DNA of 64,000 bases from Neocallimastix sp. 'constans' (GCA_050613775.1 JBODTK010000107.1:124001-188000); one strand, 5' to 3'. Shown: positions 1 through 15,263, counted from the stretch's first letter. Program-made: numbers and translations. The notes: a model not told the origin generated them from the sequence alone.

Positions 1-178
1 AATGAATTAAATATTATATAAATATATAAGATTATATTATAATATTTTAGATAAAATAGAATAACTTATGCTATATATAACAAGATATATATATTTAATA
101 ATATATTGATTAAATACCAAATTATTATAAAATATATATATATATATATAAAGGAATAAGATATAACGTAATTAGATT

Positions 179-212
<34 letters not shown>

Positions 213-2756
213 TTAATTATTATTAATTAAAATTATAAAAAAAAATTTATATAATTTTAAATATAAAAAAATATATATATAATAGAGAACTGTAATAAAT
301 ATAAAAATATATATATTTTATATATTACAATCAATTTTTATTCTATATAAATATATATTATATTCAATTTATATTATTTAAATATATTTTGAATTAGGTA
401 TTTTATTATATATAGCATATATTATATTATATATGATAGTAACAATTATATATACAATATTATTATATGAATGATCCATATAATAAAAAAAATAAAAAAA
501 AATATATATATATATAAATAAATTAAAAAAAATAAATAAATAAATAATAGTAATAGTTAATATAAATTAAAAAATAAAAATATAAAATATATAGATAAAA
601 TAATAATATAATATATATATATAAAATAAAAATATAATGAAATGAAACATATGTAATGTAGAATATTAACAATAAAATGGTTCATATATTAGAATACATA
701 TTTTGTTGATTAAAGTAAAATGTAAAATGTAAAAAATAAATTAACAATAAATATGGAATTTAATTCTTCATTTATATAACAATAACAATATTTATTAACA
801 ATAATTATAAAAACAGTATATAAAAAAAATACAAAGAAATAGTAAATGAACAGTTGAATCCAATTCTATATAATTATTAAAAAAAAACAAATTCATATAT
901 ATACATAATTAAAAATAAAAATAAAAAATTACATATAAAAGAAATAATGAGAATTGAATAAAGTATAAAAAAAATAAAGAAAAGAGAATAAAATAACATA
1001 TAAAAAAAAAATAAAGAGAAAAAAATATGATGTAAAGAAATTAAAAGAAAAAAGAATGAAATAAAATGACAAGATTAAATAAAAGAAAAGAATTATATCT
1101 TTAAATCATTAATTATTTTAATTTTTAAATTGTTATAAATTTTTTTAAAAAAAAATTTTTTATATCCCCTAATAACATTAAAACTATTATAATTTTATCC
1201 AATATTTTCTTTCAATGGATATTTTTTTGTATATATATATATATATATATTCTATATGATTAGGATAAAATACTTTCATTAAAAAAAAAAAAAACTTAAA
1301 AAAAAAATTAAGAAATATTTTAAGTTTTTTATTTATTTTCTATTTATATATATATATATATATTTAATGCATTTATATATATTTTTATTAAATATTTATT
1401 GTTATTTCTTTTTTTTAATATTATAATTGAATATTTTTAATATTATCTTTTAATTAGTATATATATATATCTAATACCAACTATTAATAGCTTACAAATA
1501 TGTACTCTTGATAGGTTAAAATTTTTGAAAAAAAAATAATTAAAGTTTAGCACAAAAAAAAAAATAAAAAAAAAAAAAAAGAATCATTAAATAGAAATGC
1601 AAATTTTATTAAATATATATATATATTTTCGTTTTTAATTTTATATTCACTTTTTTTTTTTTTTTTTACTAATTTCCTTATTTTATTTCTAAAAAAAAAT
1701 ATTTTTGTAGTTAAATTATACTATTCATTAAAAACTGTAAATTTTTTTTTTTTTTTGAATAACAAAAATAAAAATAGTTTTTATATGCATATATATTATT
1801 TTTAAATGAGATTAAACTTGCATTAACAAAAATTACATTGAGAGTAAAGCAAAAATATATATATATTTATATTTTTTTATTATAAATAAAAAATTTAACT
1901 ATATCAAATTCATATAATAATTTTATAATAATAATAATATTTTTTATTATGGGAAAAATAGCAAATAGTTTATTATTATTAATATAATTTTGTTATTATC
2001 ATTATTATCAATTATTGATGAATTATAATAATTATTGTAAACTATAATTCTAATAATAAATTAAAAGTATTAAACTTTTGATTGATACTAAAAATCATAC
2101 TAATGTTAATATGGATTAACTTTATAATATATATATTATAAATATATATATATAAATTTTAAGTAGTATTAATAATTCATTATACTATTCAAAAGAAGAA
2201 AAAGAATAAATTCGTTAGATTTTTATTAATTCTTATAAATAAGAATTTAAATAGATAATCAAACAAAAGGCAATATTTTATAATAATTAATAATAATTAT
2301 TAAAAATAATTAAAAAGTAAGAAAAAATATAATAATAATAATAATTTATTATAATTATTAAAAAATAATTAATAAGGAAGAAAATAATAAAAAAATTATA
2401 AAAAAATTTTTTTTTATTTCTTAAAAATAAAATATTATTTTTAACATAAAATAAATAATTATTTAGATAGTAATAGTAATTCTCTAACTAGTAATATTTC
2501 CTTAATTTAAAAGAAGTCAGTGAATTAAACTGGTTTCACTTCATAAAAAATATATTAATATTTTTTTTAATGTTCTTTATATATCAATCTTTTTATTCCC
2601 ATTTAAAAAATAAATGAATAAATAAAAATAATACAATAAAATTTAAATTAAAATTAAATTAAATTAAATTAAATTAAATAAAAAATTTTAAAAAATAAAA
2701 ATTAAATTATAAAGTTAAACTTACATAAAATAAAAAAAAAATTTTTTTATTATTAC

Positions 2757-2833
2757 TTAATTACTTTTCATTATTTTGTTAAGAAATTGTTACTTTCTAA
2801 AACTTTCTTAACAAAATAATGAAAAGTAATTAA
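2757..2833. repeat. Perfect 30-bp inverted repeat (hairpin) with 17-nt spacer
   Basis: ttaattacttttcattattttgttaagaaa (2757-2786) is the exact reverse complement of 2804-2833. Confidence 0.9.
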
Positions 2834-2835
2834 CA

Positions 2836-3012
2836 ATATGAAATAAAAATATGAAATAAAAATTGTAAATTTATAAAAATATGAAATAAAAATTATAAAA
2901 TTATAAAAATTATAAAATTATAAAATAAAAATTATAAAATTATAAAAATTATAAAATTATAAAATAAAATTATAAAATTAATTATATAATAAATATAAAA
3001 ATAAAAATAAAA
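2836..3012. repeat. Degenerate AT-rich tandem repeat (aaattataa / aatatgaaataaa units)
   Basis: Repeated aatatgaaataaaaa and aaaattata units are directly visible. Confidence 0.7.
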
Positions 3013-5079
3013 TTATTAATAACCAATGATCTCATGAATAATTAAATACATAATTATTCTTAAAATTTTCTATTTATAGAAATACTCTAATAAAGAATTT
3101 TAAGAAATATATTTATATATAAATATATAAAAATATAAGTAATATATTTATATATAAATATATAAAGATATAAATATATAAAAAAAAAAACTAATAAATA
3201 AAAAAATAGTAGATAAAATAAATATTTAAATTAATCATTATGATATTTCTAAATTATTATATAAAAAATTTGGATTTACATGTTAAGGTTAATGATAATA
3301 CTACTTTTTATATATATATATATGTATAATAAAATCTCTTATTAATTTTTTTATTTTTTTATTCATTTGTAATATTAAAGAAATTATATTGTCATATCCA
3401 AATTATTATGTAAGAATTTTTATTATATCTAATATGTAATAAATAATAATTATTTACATAATCATCATTCTCATTATTTATATTTGATAATATATATTAA
3501 TATTATTTCTTTCTTAATTAATTATAATTTTGACCTTGTAGCTGCTTAAAGACAGATAAATAAACTATCCTTTTAATTATATATATATATATTTTTTTTA
3601 TTTTTTTAAAATATATATATCATATATATGTTTTCCATACCTTTGATAATATATTATTAAATTAATATAAATATATTGTTGAATAAAAAAAAAATGAATA
3701 TAGATTAAAAAAAAAAAGCAGAAATGAAATTAACTATTGCCAAGGAAATACTTTAATATTTTTATTATATTTTTAATTAGTATTAATATTATTATCCTAA
3801 ACTAAATTTAATAAAATAAAAATTTAATATTGGTTTATCTCACTTTTTAATATATGTATATAGTGTCTATATAAAACTTATAATATTTTTATTATTTAAT
3901 CCATTTGTTCAATTACTTATTTTACTATTTTTATAATAATTATTTTTTTATGAAATTATAAATCTATAAGTTTTATATACTAAAAAATAATAATTAAATA
4001 GTAATTAAATATAAAGATTAAAAATAGCACTAATTTGCTATAATTTTTTATCACCTTGAAATTATAATATATTAAGAGAAATATATATATTATTAATAAT
4101 TTTATATATATTTATTTATTTATTTATTTATTATATCATACATATCTTACACTGTATTTTTTTTTTTTAATATAATTTTAAAGTTCTAAATTTTCAATAC
4201 ATTTTTAATTAATATACGTAAAAAAAATGTAAATAAGATTGCATTTTTTTATTACTATTACATTAAAAACGTAGAAATAAGGACTTCAAAATGTAGATGT
4301 AATACTAAAGTATTAAAATAAATCCTTTCCAATTTTTATATATCAATAAATAATATTAAATCTCATAAAAAAAAAAAAAATTAATAATAATAATAATAAT
4401 AATAATAACGAATATTCATATATATACATATGTTTATTAAAACAAATTAAAATAATTAACTACTTTGTATTTATACTGAATATTCATAGATAAAATTTCA
4501 TATAAAATAGCCTCTTTAAAAAGAGGCTATAAAAAATGGCCTAAATTAATATTGCAAAATTTTATTGGATAAAAAATATTCAATGTAGTGCAAAAATACC
4601 AAGAATTTTTGGTATCTTCTTATAGAATAAAAAGGGAAAAATGGAATAAATCATAGAGAAATTGAGAATATGATAATAAGAAAATAACATATAAAATATA
4701 TATATTTATATATATTTAATTATTAATACTAAATTAATATATATTCTATTAAAATGCTATTATAAAAATATATATTTCATAATATATTATACAATCTTAT
4801 AAGACCCCATTAAATACATTTATAATATATATTGTTGTATATGGAAAATTGATTAATTTTAATTTAAAAAATTTTTTTAAAAAAATTTTTTTATGTAAAA
4901 AAAAATACATATTATTATTTATATGTATATGTATATTTATATATTGATATTTATATATTGGTTTTTAACTAAAATTATTATTAATAATTAGTACAAAGAA
5001 ATCAAAATTTTCTGTATTTATATATTTTATTTGTATAGATATAAATATCCTATTTTTTTTTTTTTTTTTTGTTTTTTAG

Positions 5080-5490
5080 ACTGGAATTAATGAGAGAAGA
5101 GGATAATAAAGCCTCCAGTCTTTCCATTAAATTAATCCTCATTAGATTCTTTGCCATACCATTTAGACATCAACACGGATCTCCCTCTAAACAAGGCTAA
5201 TAAGAAAGGAATTCCCTATACACCGCTTTATATGAAGGGCTTCTTTTCAGTGATCTCTTCAATCATCATCGGGGAGAAGCAAATACACTATTCCTTTTAC
5301 AGGTAAAAATGCTTTCTGTACTAGCAAATACCAACTTCATTATAGGGAAAAAATACCTTGGAAGGATGAAAATCTCCTCGTATAAAATCAGGAGGCAGTC
5401 GAGGAATTATATATCCTAATTGAATTGAATTATATCTAAAGATATCAAATTTCATTTTATAAGATTAGTTAGTGATTAACCCTAACCCTA
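5080..5490 (+). mobile_element. GC-richer island, possible 3' remnant of a retroelement
   Basis: Abrupt composition shift after a poly-T tract. One + frame of about 110 codons is interrupted only by two adjacent stops (LELMREEDN...ALYEGLLFSDLFNHHRGEANTLFLL...). Ends near taaccctaacccta. No family motif recognised. Confidence 0.3.
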
Positions 5491-6424
5491 TTATAATTAT
5501 ATTTTTCATCAAAATTTATCATGATCGAATATAATTTATAATTTATTATTTTATTATTTATTATTTATTATTTATTATTTATTATATTTTATTTATTAGA
5601 TAATAAATAATATAATTATTTACTATCTTTAATTTATTATCTAATATCATAAATTATAAATTGAGAATTATAAAATAATATTTTTTATTTATTATATTTT
5701 ATTAATAATAAACAGTATTATTATAATTTATCAATATTTTTTTTTATTATTATTATTATTAATGCCATTAAGATTTCAACCTTTAATGGAAAAAAAAAAG
5801 ATTTATGTGAAATGTCTCTTTACAAGATAAGAAAATGCATTTCATTTACATATTAAGGTATTATAAAATATTATGTTAGAAAAAGTTGTTGATATTGAAA
5901 TAAATAAATATTAAAATGCATTACAATCAAATCCTATAATTTTTTTTTTTTTTTTTTTAATTTTTAATTTTTAATTTAAAATTTAATTATATTTATGTTT
6001 GATTATTTGATAATTGGCTTAAACCTCTTCTTTTAATTCATAAGAAAAAAAAATTTTTTTTAAAGAATTTTAGAAATTGTTTTTACTAATTGAAATAAAT
6101 TATTATTACTTATAAAAAATAGATAGTAAATAATTATTATATTATTCTTTTATTACTATTGTTAATGAATAATCATTAAAGAAAATCTTTTATTTTATTA
6201 TTAAAACTATTATTACTATTTTATTTAATAAATAAAATTTTAATATTTTATGTATTTTCACTTTAAATTCAGCCAATAAAATGTTTAATTTTTGTCATGC
6301 ATATTAAAAAAAATGAATTATAAAAAAGAAATGTTCTTTTAAGTATCCATTTCTAATATTAATAATCATAATAATAAAAGATATTATATTTCTAATATTA
6401 TTAATAATTATAAAAAGATTATAT

Positions 6425-6450
6425 TTCTAATAATAATAATATCAATAATT

Positions 6451-6481
<31 letters not shown>

Positions 6482-6552
6482 CAACAACAACAATAATAAT
6501 AATAATAATAATAACAACAACAACAACAACAACAATAATAATAATAATAATT
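6425..6552. repeat. Compound (AAT)n/(AAC)n microsatellite
   Basis: Directly visible. Confidence 0.9.
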
Positions 6553-7662
6553 ATCATTCAGCATTTTAAACTAAAAAAAAAAAAGATAGAAATAAATTCT
6601 TTAATTCAGGTATTGGTTAAACCTTATAGTATATACAAAGAATGATTATGCATAAAACATATTAAGTATATATTCATTAAACAAGAAAAAAAAAAAGTGA
6701 AAAAAAATAATGAAAACTTTTAAATAATCATTTCAAAAATTTATATAGAAAAATTTTTTTTTATATTTTTATTATTTTATTTTCTTGTTTTGTCTTTTTT
6801 TTTAATTTTTTTTTTTTATTTTATTTTTATTTTTTTTTTTTATTTTTATTTTTATTTTTTTATTTTTTTATTTTTTTATTTTTTTATTTTTTTATTTTTA
6901 TTTTTTTATATTTTTTAATTAGATTATTATTTATTAAAAAAAAAATTAAAAAAATTTATTACTATAATAGAGTGTAATTTATTTTTATATTAATATAATA
7001 AACAAAATTAAGCTTTTTAATTATTTAATTATTTAATTATTATTATAATCTTCATTTACCATGTCTTTATTTACCCTTTTTTTTTATAGTTAAGATTTTT
7101 GATATATTAAAGTTTAATATTTTTTTAAAGTTTTTTTAAATTAATAAAAAAAAAGTTAATTTTTTTTTTTTTTTTTTTTTTTTACTTTAAATATAGTATT
7201 AATGGATAATACATAATTATTCATTCATTATTTTATTCTTTATAAAGAGAAAAAAAAAAAGTGAAACATTAAATTTTTATATTTATAATTAAAATAGTAA
7301 TAATATATCAAAAGTATTGCAGAAAGGATGGTCATTTTTTTTAATATATAATAAAAATTTATATATGAAATATTATTACTATTTATAAGTATTTGTTAAA
7401 TATTTATTATTTATTACAATTATTTGATTAGGTATTATAGTATAATATATAGTTTTTATCATAATTATTTTATTTTATTTATTTATTATCATACTATATT
7501 AAATACTTTATAAAATAAACATAAATAAATAAATATTTTTAAATTATTAAATAAATGAATAAGGATTTGATAATTATTTATTATTATTGTTATTATTATT
7601 TTGTTTGAATATATGATTTAATAATATTCGAAACGTTAAACTATATTAAAATAAAGAAATTA

Positions 7663-7708
<46 letters not shown>

Positions 7709-8051
7709 TTTATTATATTTATTATTCAACTATGTATAAATTTTAAATATATTTTATTTAAGTTAAAAAAAAAGTTAATTCTAAATTTTTTTATTAAGAT
7801 AGTATAACATATTATAACATATCAGGAATCATATAGTTAATTCCTGAGTAATAATGAATCTCTTTACATATATATATATATAAAGAGTCTTATTATTTAC
7901 ATATTTAATTAAATAATACAGTTATATTATTAATAATAAATAATAATAATAAAAAAAGAAAAAGAAAAAGAAAAAATAATATAAAAATTAAAATAATATA
8001 TATTATGTAATGTATTTTAATAATATTTTCATATTATTGAACTAATAAAAC

Positions 8052-8085
<34 letters not shown>

Positions 8086-8221
8086 AAAATAATTTCTTTT
8101 GTCATTTTAATTATTTTATATATAATATTATAATATTAAAAAAAAAAAATAAAAAGAAATAATTTTTTTCTAATAAAAATATATATAATAAAATTTCAAA
8201 ATTTCAAAATTTCTAAATTTA

Positions 8222-8265
<44 letters not shown>

Positions 8266-8691
8266 ATATTTAATATTTTTTTTTTTAATTTAATAAAATT
8301 TAATTTGTCATAAAGAAATTCATTGAATTAAAATTTAATTAAATATTATACCTTATATATATATTATTCAATGTATCTACTATATAATAATAATAATAAT
8401 AAAAATAAAAATAAAAAAGAATGTATAAAGCATATTAACTAAAGATGATGAATAATAAAAAAAAGTTCAATAGTTAGAATGTAAAAAAAAAGAGAAATAT
8501 TAAAAAAAAAGCTTAATATATATATAAAAAATATACGTATTTTTTCAAATATCATTAAAAATATTTATATATAATTTTTTTTAACTGGTTAAAAATATAT
8601 CCAATTTATTTAAAAAATAAAAAAATAGAGATATAAAAAGAAAAAAAGATTTTATATTTAAGTAGAAAGATAAATAAATAAATAAATATTT

Positions 8692-8729
<38 letters not shown>

Positions 8730-9149
8730 ATGTACATTAATAATATAAAAAAAAATGTTCTAATTGAATTATTAATAAATATATATAATATAATTTTTTA
8801 TAATAAAATATATATATATATCAATCTGTAAATGTATATATAGATATAAGTATTTAAAATAGAATTAAGTAGATATATGAGAAAAGAATTTAAATAATAC
8901 TAGTTTTTTTTTTTTTTTTTTTTAATTTTTTGTTAAATGACTTTTTATTATAATTGTTAAATATAACACTTATAAAAAATACATAATAAAATACAAAAAT
9001 ACAAGTATCATTTCTGATTATATTTATTTTATCGCTTTTACATAAAGAAAGATCTATTTATTTAAGAGTATGTCATTATATATTATATATAATTATTTTT
9101 ATCTATAATAGTCTAACATTATTGGTAACAGTAACATTTAACGTTACAC

Positions 9150-11359
9150 AGCATGATGTTATCGAATAAAACTATTTAACACCCAATGATGTAGTATTAT
9201 GTACAATATAATTAAACACATAACTGCGATAATTAACATTCTCCATAAATTGGCATTTTTTACATTTTCATGATGAAATCGGCAAAGTATATAAGCTTGG
9301 ATCCAGAAATACTTTTTTTTTTTTAAAGAATCTGCCATTATTTCCATTTGTCCGGCATTTTCCTGAATTCCTAGCTTCTTCATAAGTCTTTTGGAATTTA
9401 TCTATTAATATTATTTAATTCTATTTCTTTTACGGCTTTCACTAACATCTGATTTTGTTTTCCTCTCAAAATAGAGATTTATTTTATATAAGTGTTCTTT
9501 CTTCATTTAATTGATAATTTTTCCTTTTTTTTTTTTTTTTTTTTTTTTTTCTTTCAATTTTGTCATTTTTATTTATTGATAATTTTATTATTCCAGTTAA
9601 TATTAAATTTTATATCCTTTTCTTCAGTTTTATTCCAGTTAATATTAAAATTTATATCCTTTTCTTCAGTTTTCCTTAATTTTCCTTTATCTAAACTTTT
9701 CAGATCACTAAAATTGTCCTTCAGAATTTATTTTAAAAACTATAGCCTTTAGTATTTATCAGATTTTTATAGTTGCTTTCAATTTTTTTTCCAAAAGTTT
9801 CTGGTTTATAATTTATAAGATTTGATTTAGATTTAGATTTAAATAAATTTTTTTTTTTTTTTATAATTTGAAATTTTTAATTTATTCTTAAATTTTAAAT
9901 TTTAAAAATTTTATTCAAATTTTTATTAATAAAACCTTTTTTTTTTTTTTTTTTACTTTTTTCAAAAAAAAGCTGATTTTGTGATTATTATACCCTTTAT
10001 ATTTTAATTATTATTTCTATTAAAAATACCATTATTTTTATTATTTTGGTTATTGTCAGGCATAGCTTTCATTTAATGTTAATTTTATACTTTCTTTAAT
10101 ATCTGAATTTTTGAGTATTTCCTCTTGATTTTTTTCATCTAATTTTTGATCAGTTTTTTATTTCTATTTTAGAGAATTAATTATTTTTGTAATTCTGAAT
10201 TTCATTATTATCCTTATTTATTGAAACTTTGATCTTCATTAATATAATCATATGATCATTTTATTTAGCTTTGATATTCATTAATATAATCATATAATCA
10301 TTTTATTTAGCTTTGATATTCATTAATATAATCTTCATTAATTATATCTTCATTAATATAATCTTTTTATTGGTTTTGATCTTTATTAATATAATCTTCA
10401 TTAATTATATCTTCATTAATTTTTTTTTTTTTTATTTTTGTTTTCTTAATTTTTATCTAATATATTTATGTTATTGAATTCATTCATTCATTAAATCTGA
10501 ATTATCTTCAAGATTAATTTTATTCTGTTTGCTTTCATTCATTTCAAATCCATTATGATAAATGGATTTTATTGACTAAATTAATATTGTTAAGTACTAT
10601 TCCTCCTTAATTTTGTTTATCTGAAGAATTTGAGGAATGAAAAAAAAAGTGTCTAGTGAGTCTAAAGTACTTTCATTGAAGTATACATCACGAACGATAA
10701 TTATTGATTTTAAAGTAATGTCGAAAACTTGATAACTAGAAGAGTCAGAAGAATATCCTAAGAAAATATCTTGATTTTGTATTGTTTTAAAAATTTCCCT
10801 GTTTGAATCTATTTAGAAAAGAATAGTGTGCATACAAAAAATTTTTAAGTTTAAATATATCAATTTTCTCATTGAAAAAATAATTCTTTTGGAATTTTAA
10901 AATTAATTCCTTGATGCGAATTTAAATTGAACGACGTACATGCACATTCAATAGTTCCATTTCATACGATAGGAGAGAATTTTAGCAGCACTAAGTAATA
11001 CTTTTACCCAGTTATCTAATGTCGGATTAATCCTTTCAGCATAACCATTTTGTTGGAGATTTACCTGGTGTAGAATGATTAAATGTAATTCCATTATTTT
11101 TTGAGATAATTTATAAAATTAGGGTTATAATATTCTAAACCATTATAAGAGCTTTCTTTATGTCATAATTACAAGTAATTTTCATAAGTTTAATGAAACG
11201 CCAAATAAATATCTGTACATCAGATTTATGTTTTAAGTAAATAAATGTTATATAATATTTGTATCCATTATATAATGGTACAGGCTTAAGTGGCCCAATG
11301 ATTATTAGTATATACGATTTATAATGGTAATGTACTCTTGTTGTTTGTTTCATGGAATG

Positions 11360-11390
<31 letters not shown>

Positions 11391-11858
11391 TTTTTATTTT
11401 ACTAATTTTTGCAATTCACAATTTATATTATCATTCTTTTCTTCCTTAATGTTATTGTTTTCTAAAAATTTTTGAAGATTTTGATTGTAATAATGACCTA
11501 ATATTGCTTTTAGATCAATATTATTTATATCTTTATTGGGCTTGTATTTTAAAGAAAAGGAGGTTTTCATCATTTGTATGGATGGTAGTAATTAGTTTAT
11601 TAATTTTTAAATATTTGGAGTCTTTCTTTTATTGTAACCCTATTTCTTTTTCCATTTTTAATTTGAAGCCCTTTTTTCATAGGTAATGAGAGGAAATTAA
11701 ATTATTTTGTATGTTCGGAGTATAAAACACCTTCTTCAATAGAAAAGTTATTATTCTTATATATTCCTTTGTACATACCTTTTTTTTTTGTAAATTCTAT
11801 TGGATTATCTATTTGGATATGCAGTTCCTCTATTAGAAACTTCTCAAATATTTGATAG

Positions 11859-11904
<46 letters not shown>

Positions 11905-13260
11905 GGTTAAGTTCATTCCTGTTCCACAATCAATGTTCTAGGACTCTTTGTTGTTATCTTCTTTATCATTATTTTCTTCCTTTAAGATTCGACTTTTATT
12001 TTATTTACATTTATTTCCTTAGGAGTTATTAAATTGTTATTAAAATTATATTCTATAATACTATTTGTTGTATTGAAACAGAATTCGAATGATGAAACTG
12101 AAACTGAAACTGAGTGAGAAACTGGATTGTTTTATTATTCATAATTAGAGTTATAAGCTTTTAAGTTTCTTTTATTTCTTGACTTATTATATATTATGTT
12201 AATATTATTTTTCTTTTTCTCCTCTTTAGTTATTTTTTGGTGAATTTGATTTGTAAAAAAAAAAAAAATAGTTATTAGTAGTATGTCCATTTTTATGGCC
12301 AATAGTCAATAGTTGAAGTATTCGTTGGAATTGATTTTCTTTTATTGTAAATTTATATGGAAAATTTCCATTTCGGGTAACTCTGTTAAATTTGATCTTT
12401 CGTGTTGAATATACTTCTCTGATATCTACTTTTAATACTTTTGCTTTTCTTGATTATAGTATTTAGTTTTGATATGTCTTATTTTTAAATTCTTAAATGT
12501 TATTTCAGTGTATAACGGAATGTGAATGAATTTGCAATATGCAAATACAACTTTATTTGATTTCTCTAAAAAAATTATAAAACTGTTTTGTTTCTTCACT
12601 CAGTTCTGATTTATTTTATAATTTTGCCTCATTAATATAATATATTCAGTAAATAACAAGTCAAGATTATCTAAATACAACTTAAGGTCATTGTTTTTTC
12701 AATTTCTAATTTCATTATTTTTATTTCAATTTCAAATAGTCCGGATGGGTCTGATTCTAAAAATCTTTCTTTTTTAAATTCATTTATCATTAAATATGCA
12801 CTTTGTGAAATTATTTAATAGTATTTTTTTGTATATTCGTCTAAGTTGCTTAATATTTTTATTCTGAATACTTTAATTTTTTTTTTTATTGTTGTTTATA
12901 TCTGTAATGCTTTTTTTTTTTTTTTTTAATAGTTATATATCACTTAATAAGACGGAATCAAGGAATATTTTTAAATCTGAATGCCATTTGTGAAAATTTT
13001 CATTGGTAATTTTAAAATTTAGAATATGAAATTTATTAATTGTATTTATTTGAATATTTTGAGGTTCTACTTCAGAGGGAGCATCATTCATTGTTGTGCT
13101 TGATAAATTTGTAGCCTTTGCTGTTTTTGTTGAAGTTTTTGAAGAACTTCATGTAGTTGTTGAGTTTTCTGATTTAGTTATTTTAATATATTGAATTCTG
13201 ATAATATTAATTATTAATGAACTATTTTCATTAAATAGTATATATAACTTTATTATTTAA
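9150..13260 (-). mobile_element. Decayed Ty1/copia LTR retrotransposon (gag-PR-INT, RT deleted)
   Basis: Minus-strand relics in copia order: zinc-knuckle-like C..CHKNGHTTNN (~12280-12310), protease *NIDCGTGMNLT (~11905-11945), integrase IIGPLKP..NGYKYYITFI (~11240-11300), QQNGYAERINPTL (~11015-11055), IFLGYS..SSYQVFD and IVRDVYFNE (~10670-10770), KTYEEA/PDKWK (~9340-9395), RNase H tail IMADSL.KSISGSKLIYF (~9280-9340). Many stops and frameshifts. Confidence 0.85.
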
Positions 13261-14359
13261 AGTCATATTTATTCATTCATTTATTTTTAAAATTTACTAC
13301 AAATTTAATAATTATAATATTTATATAAATATTTATTCTCAACTAGATCTTTTTTTTTTTTTTTTTTTTTTTTTTTTATTTATTTATTTATATATATATA
13401 TATATATTATAATTGTTAAGAAGTCTAAAGATATAGTATATATACATTATATATTATACTCTTACCTCGTTATATAAGTTAATATTTATTTAATATAATA
13501 ATATTGTCAAAATTACTATAAAAAATAGTGCTTATGAATTTAAAAAAAAAAAAATATATTTTTTGTTAAGTGTACCAATACGATTATATTAAAAAATTAA
13601 AAACGATAGATATTTTTAAATAGGAACTTCATGATTATATAAAATTGAAAGAGGTTATCAAAGGAATAAAAAAAGAAACAAGAAATAAAAACAAGTGAAG
13701 ATTACTTTCATGGTTAATCAGACAAAAAAAAAGAAATTATAATGGAAAACATATAGATGAAAACAGTTTTTATAAAGTATATTATTCTCATAGTATTTTA
13801 AGCAATTAGCTCTCTACTCATTATTTATGTAAATAAATAATTTAAAATTATATATGGAAAATTATTAATGAAGAGAAAGATTCTAATTTATTAAAAAAAA
13901 AATATCATATTAATAATATATTCTAATGGTAAAAAAATTTTATTTTACAATAAATACATCTTCAATCAATAATATTAATTCTTATTTCAATAATGTTGAT
14001 CTTAAACTTTGGTAGGCATGTCTACCATTTTAATTATTAGAAATCTCATTTTATAATTCCTAAACAATAATAAAATATAAAAAATAAAAAAGCCTGAATA
14101 ATATTAAGAAAAAATATAAAAATTAAAATGATCTAAAAGTTAAACTTTTTGACTAATTTTTATGAAATAATAAACGAAATGCTTAGAAATTTTAAATAAT
14201 TATAGTAAAATTAAATTATCAGATAATGAAATCTCAATCAAAATATTTTTTAGAAAACAAAATAATTGAAATTAATAAAAGTATTTATATAAAAAAAATT
14301 AATAATTCAAATAGAAAAAGTATGAAACATTATAAACAATGATTTTTCTTTCTTTATTC

Positions 14360-14391
<32 letters not shown>

Positions 14392-15263
14392 TTTTCTTAT
14401 TAATAACTAAGAATTTTACAAAAAAATTTTGATTCAAACTTTAATAAAATATAATTTTTTTTTTGATCAAAACCTTAAAAATTAAAATCATGACTGAAAT
14501 AACAAAAAATTATTAAGAGTTTTTTTTTTTTTTTTTGAAAAAATAAAATGAAAATAATAATGAAATAATAATAATAAAAATATAAATGAAAGAATAAATG
14601 AAAATGAGAGTGAAAATAATAGTGAATGAGAATGAATATGAAGAAAATAAAAATGAAGTTGAACATAGAGTCATTAAAAAAAAAAAAAAAAAGAGCTAAA
14701 TTGTACATAAACAAACAAATAGTAAATAATGAAAATTATAAAAGTAGTAATCAACTAAATCATAAACCAAGAAAGAGAAATAATAAAAAGTATGAAGATT
14801 TGGAACAAAATAAAAAAAAAAAAAAAAAAATATGTTAATATTAAAACTTTATAAACTTTAAATAACAAAATCATTTGAAGAAGCAGTAAATTTTGAAAAT
14901 TTCTGAAAATTTTAGAAGGAAATAGCGTAATGAAAATATTAAACCACTTGATATAAAATAGGTATTCAATATAAAATTAATATGTTTAATATAAGAGTTT
15001 CCATAAAATAAAAATTTTATTTTTTGGAAACTCTTTAACATATTTTAAATTGGTATGAAAAAAAATTTTTTTTTTATTGATTTTATAATAACACTCTATT
15101 GTAAATTTTATTAGATATTTTATAATATTAAGGTTAAATATATATTTTTATTTTATATTATTATTATTATCTTTCTTTTTCTTTAAATAAAATTAATCAA
15201 ATATAACTCTTAATTAATTATTTAAAATGATATATATATGATATTAAACTTTATCAATATTAT

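Noticed and set aside
13400..13500. 5' LTR/PBS of the copia relic
   Set aside because: No match to the putative 3' LTR near 9238 and no PBS seen.
13560..15050. Possible decayed transposase (similar coding-like patches at ~650-1100 and ~3230-3560)
   Set aside because: Purine-rich and coding-like, but no diagnostic motif could be recovered by eye. TBLASTX would be needed.
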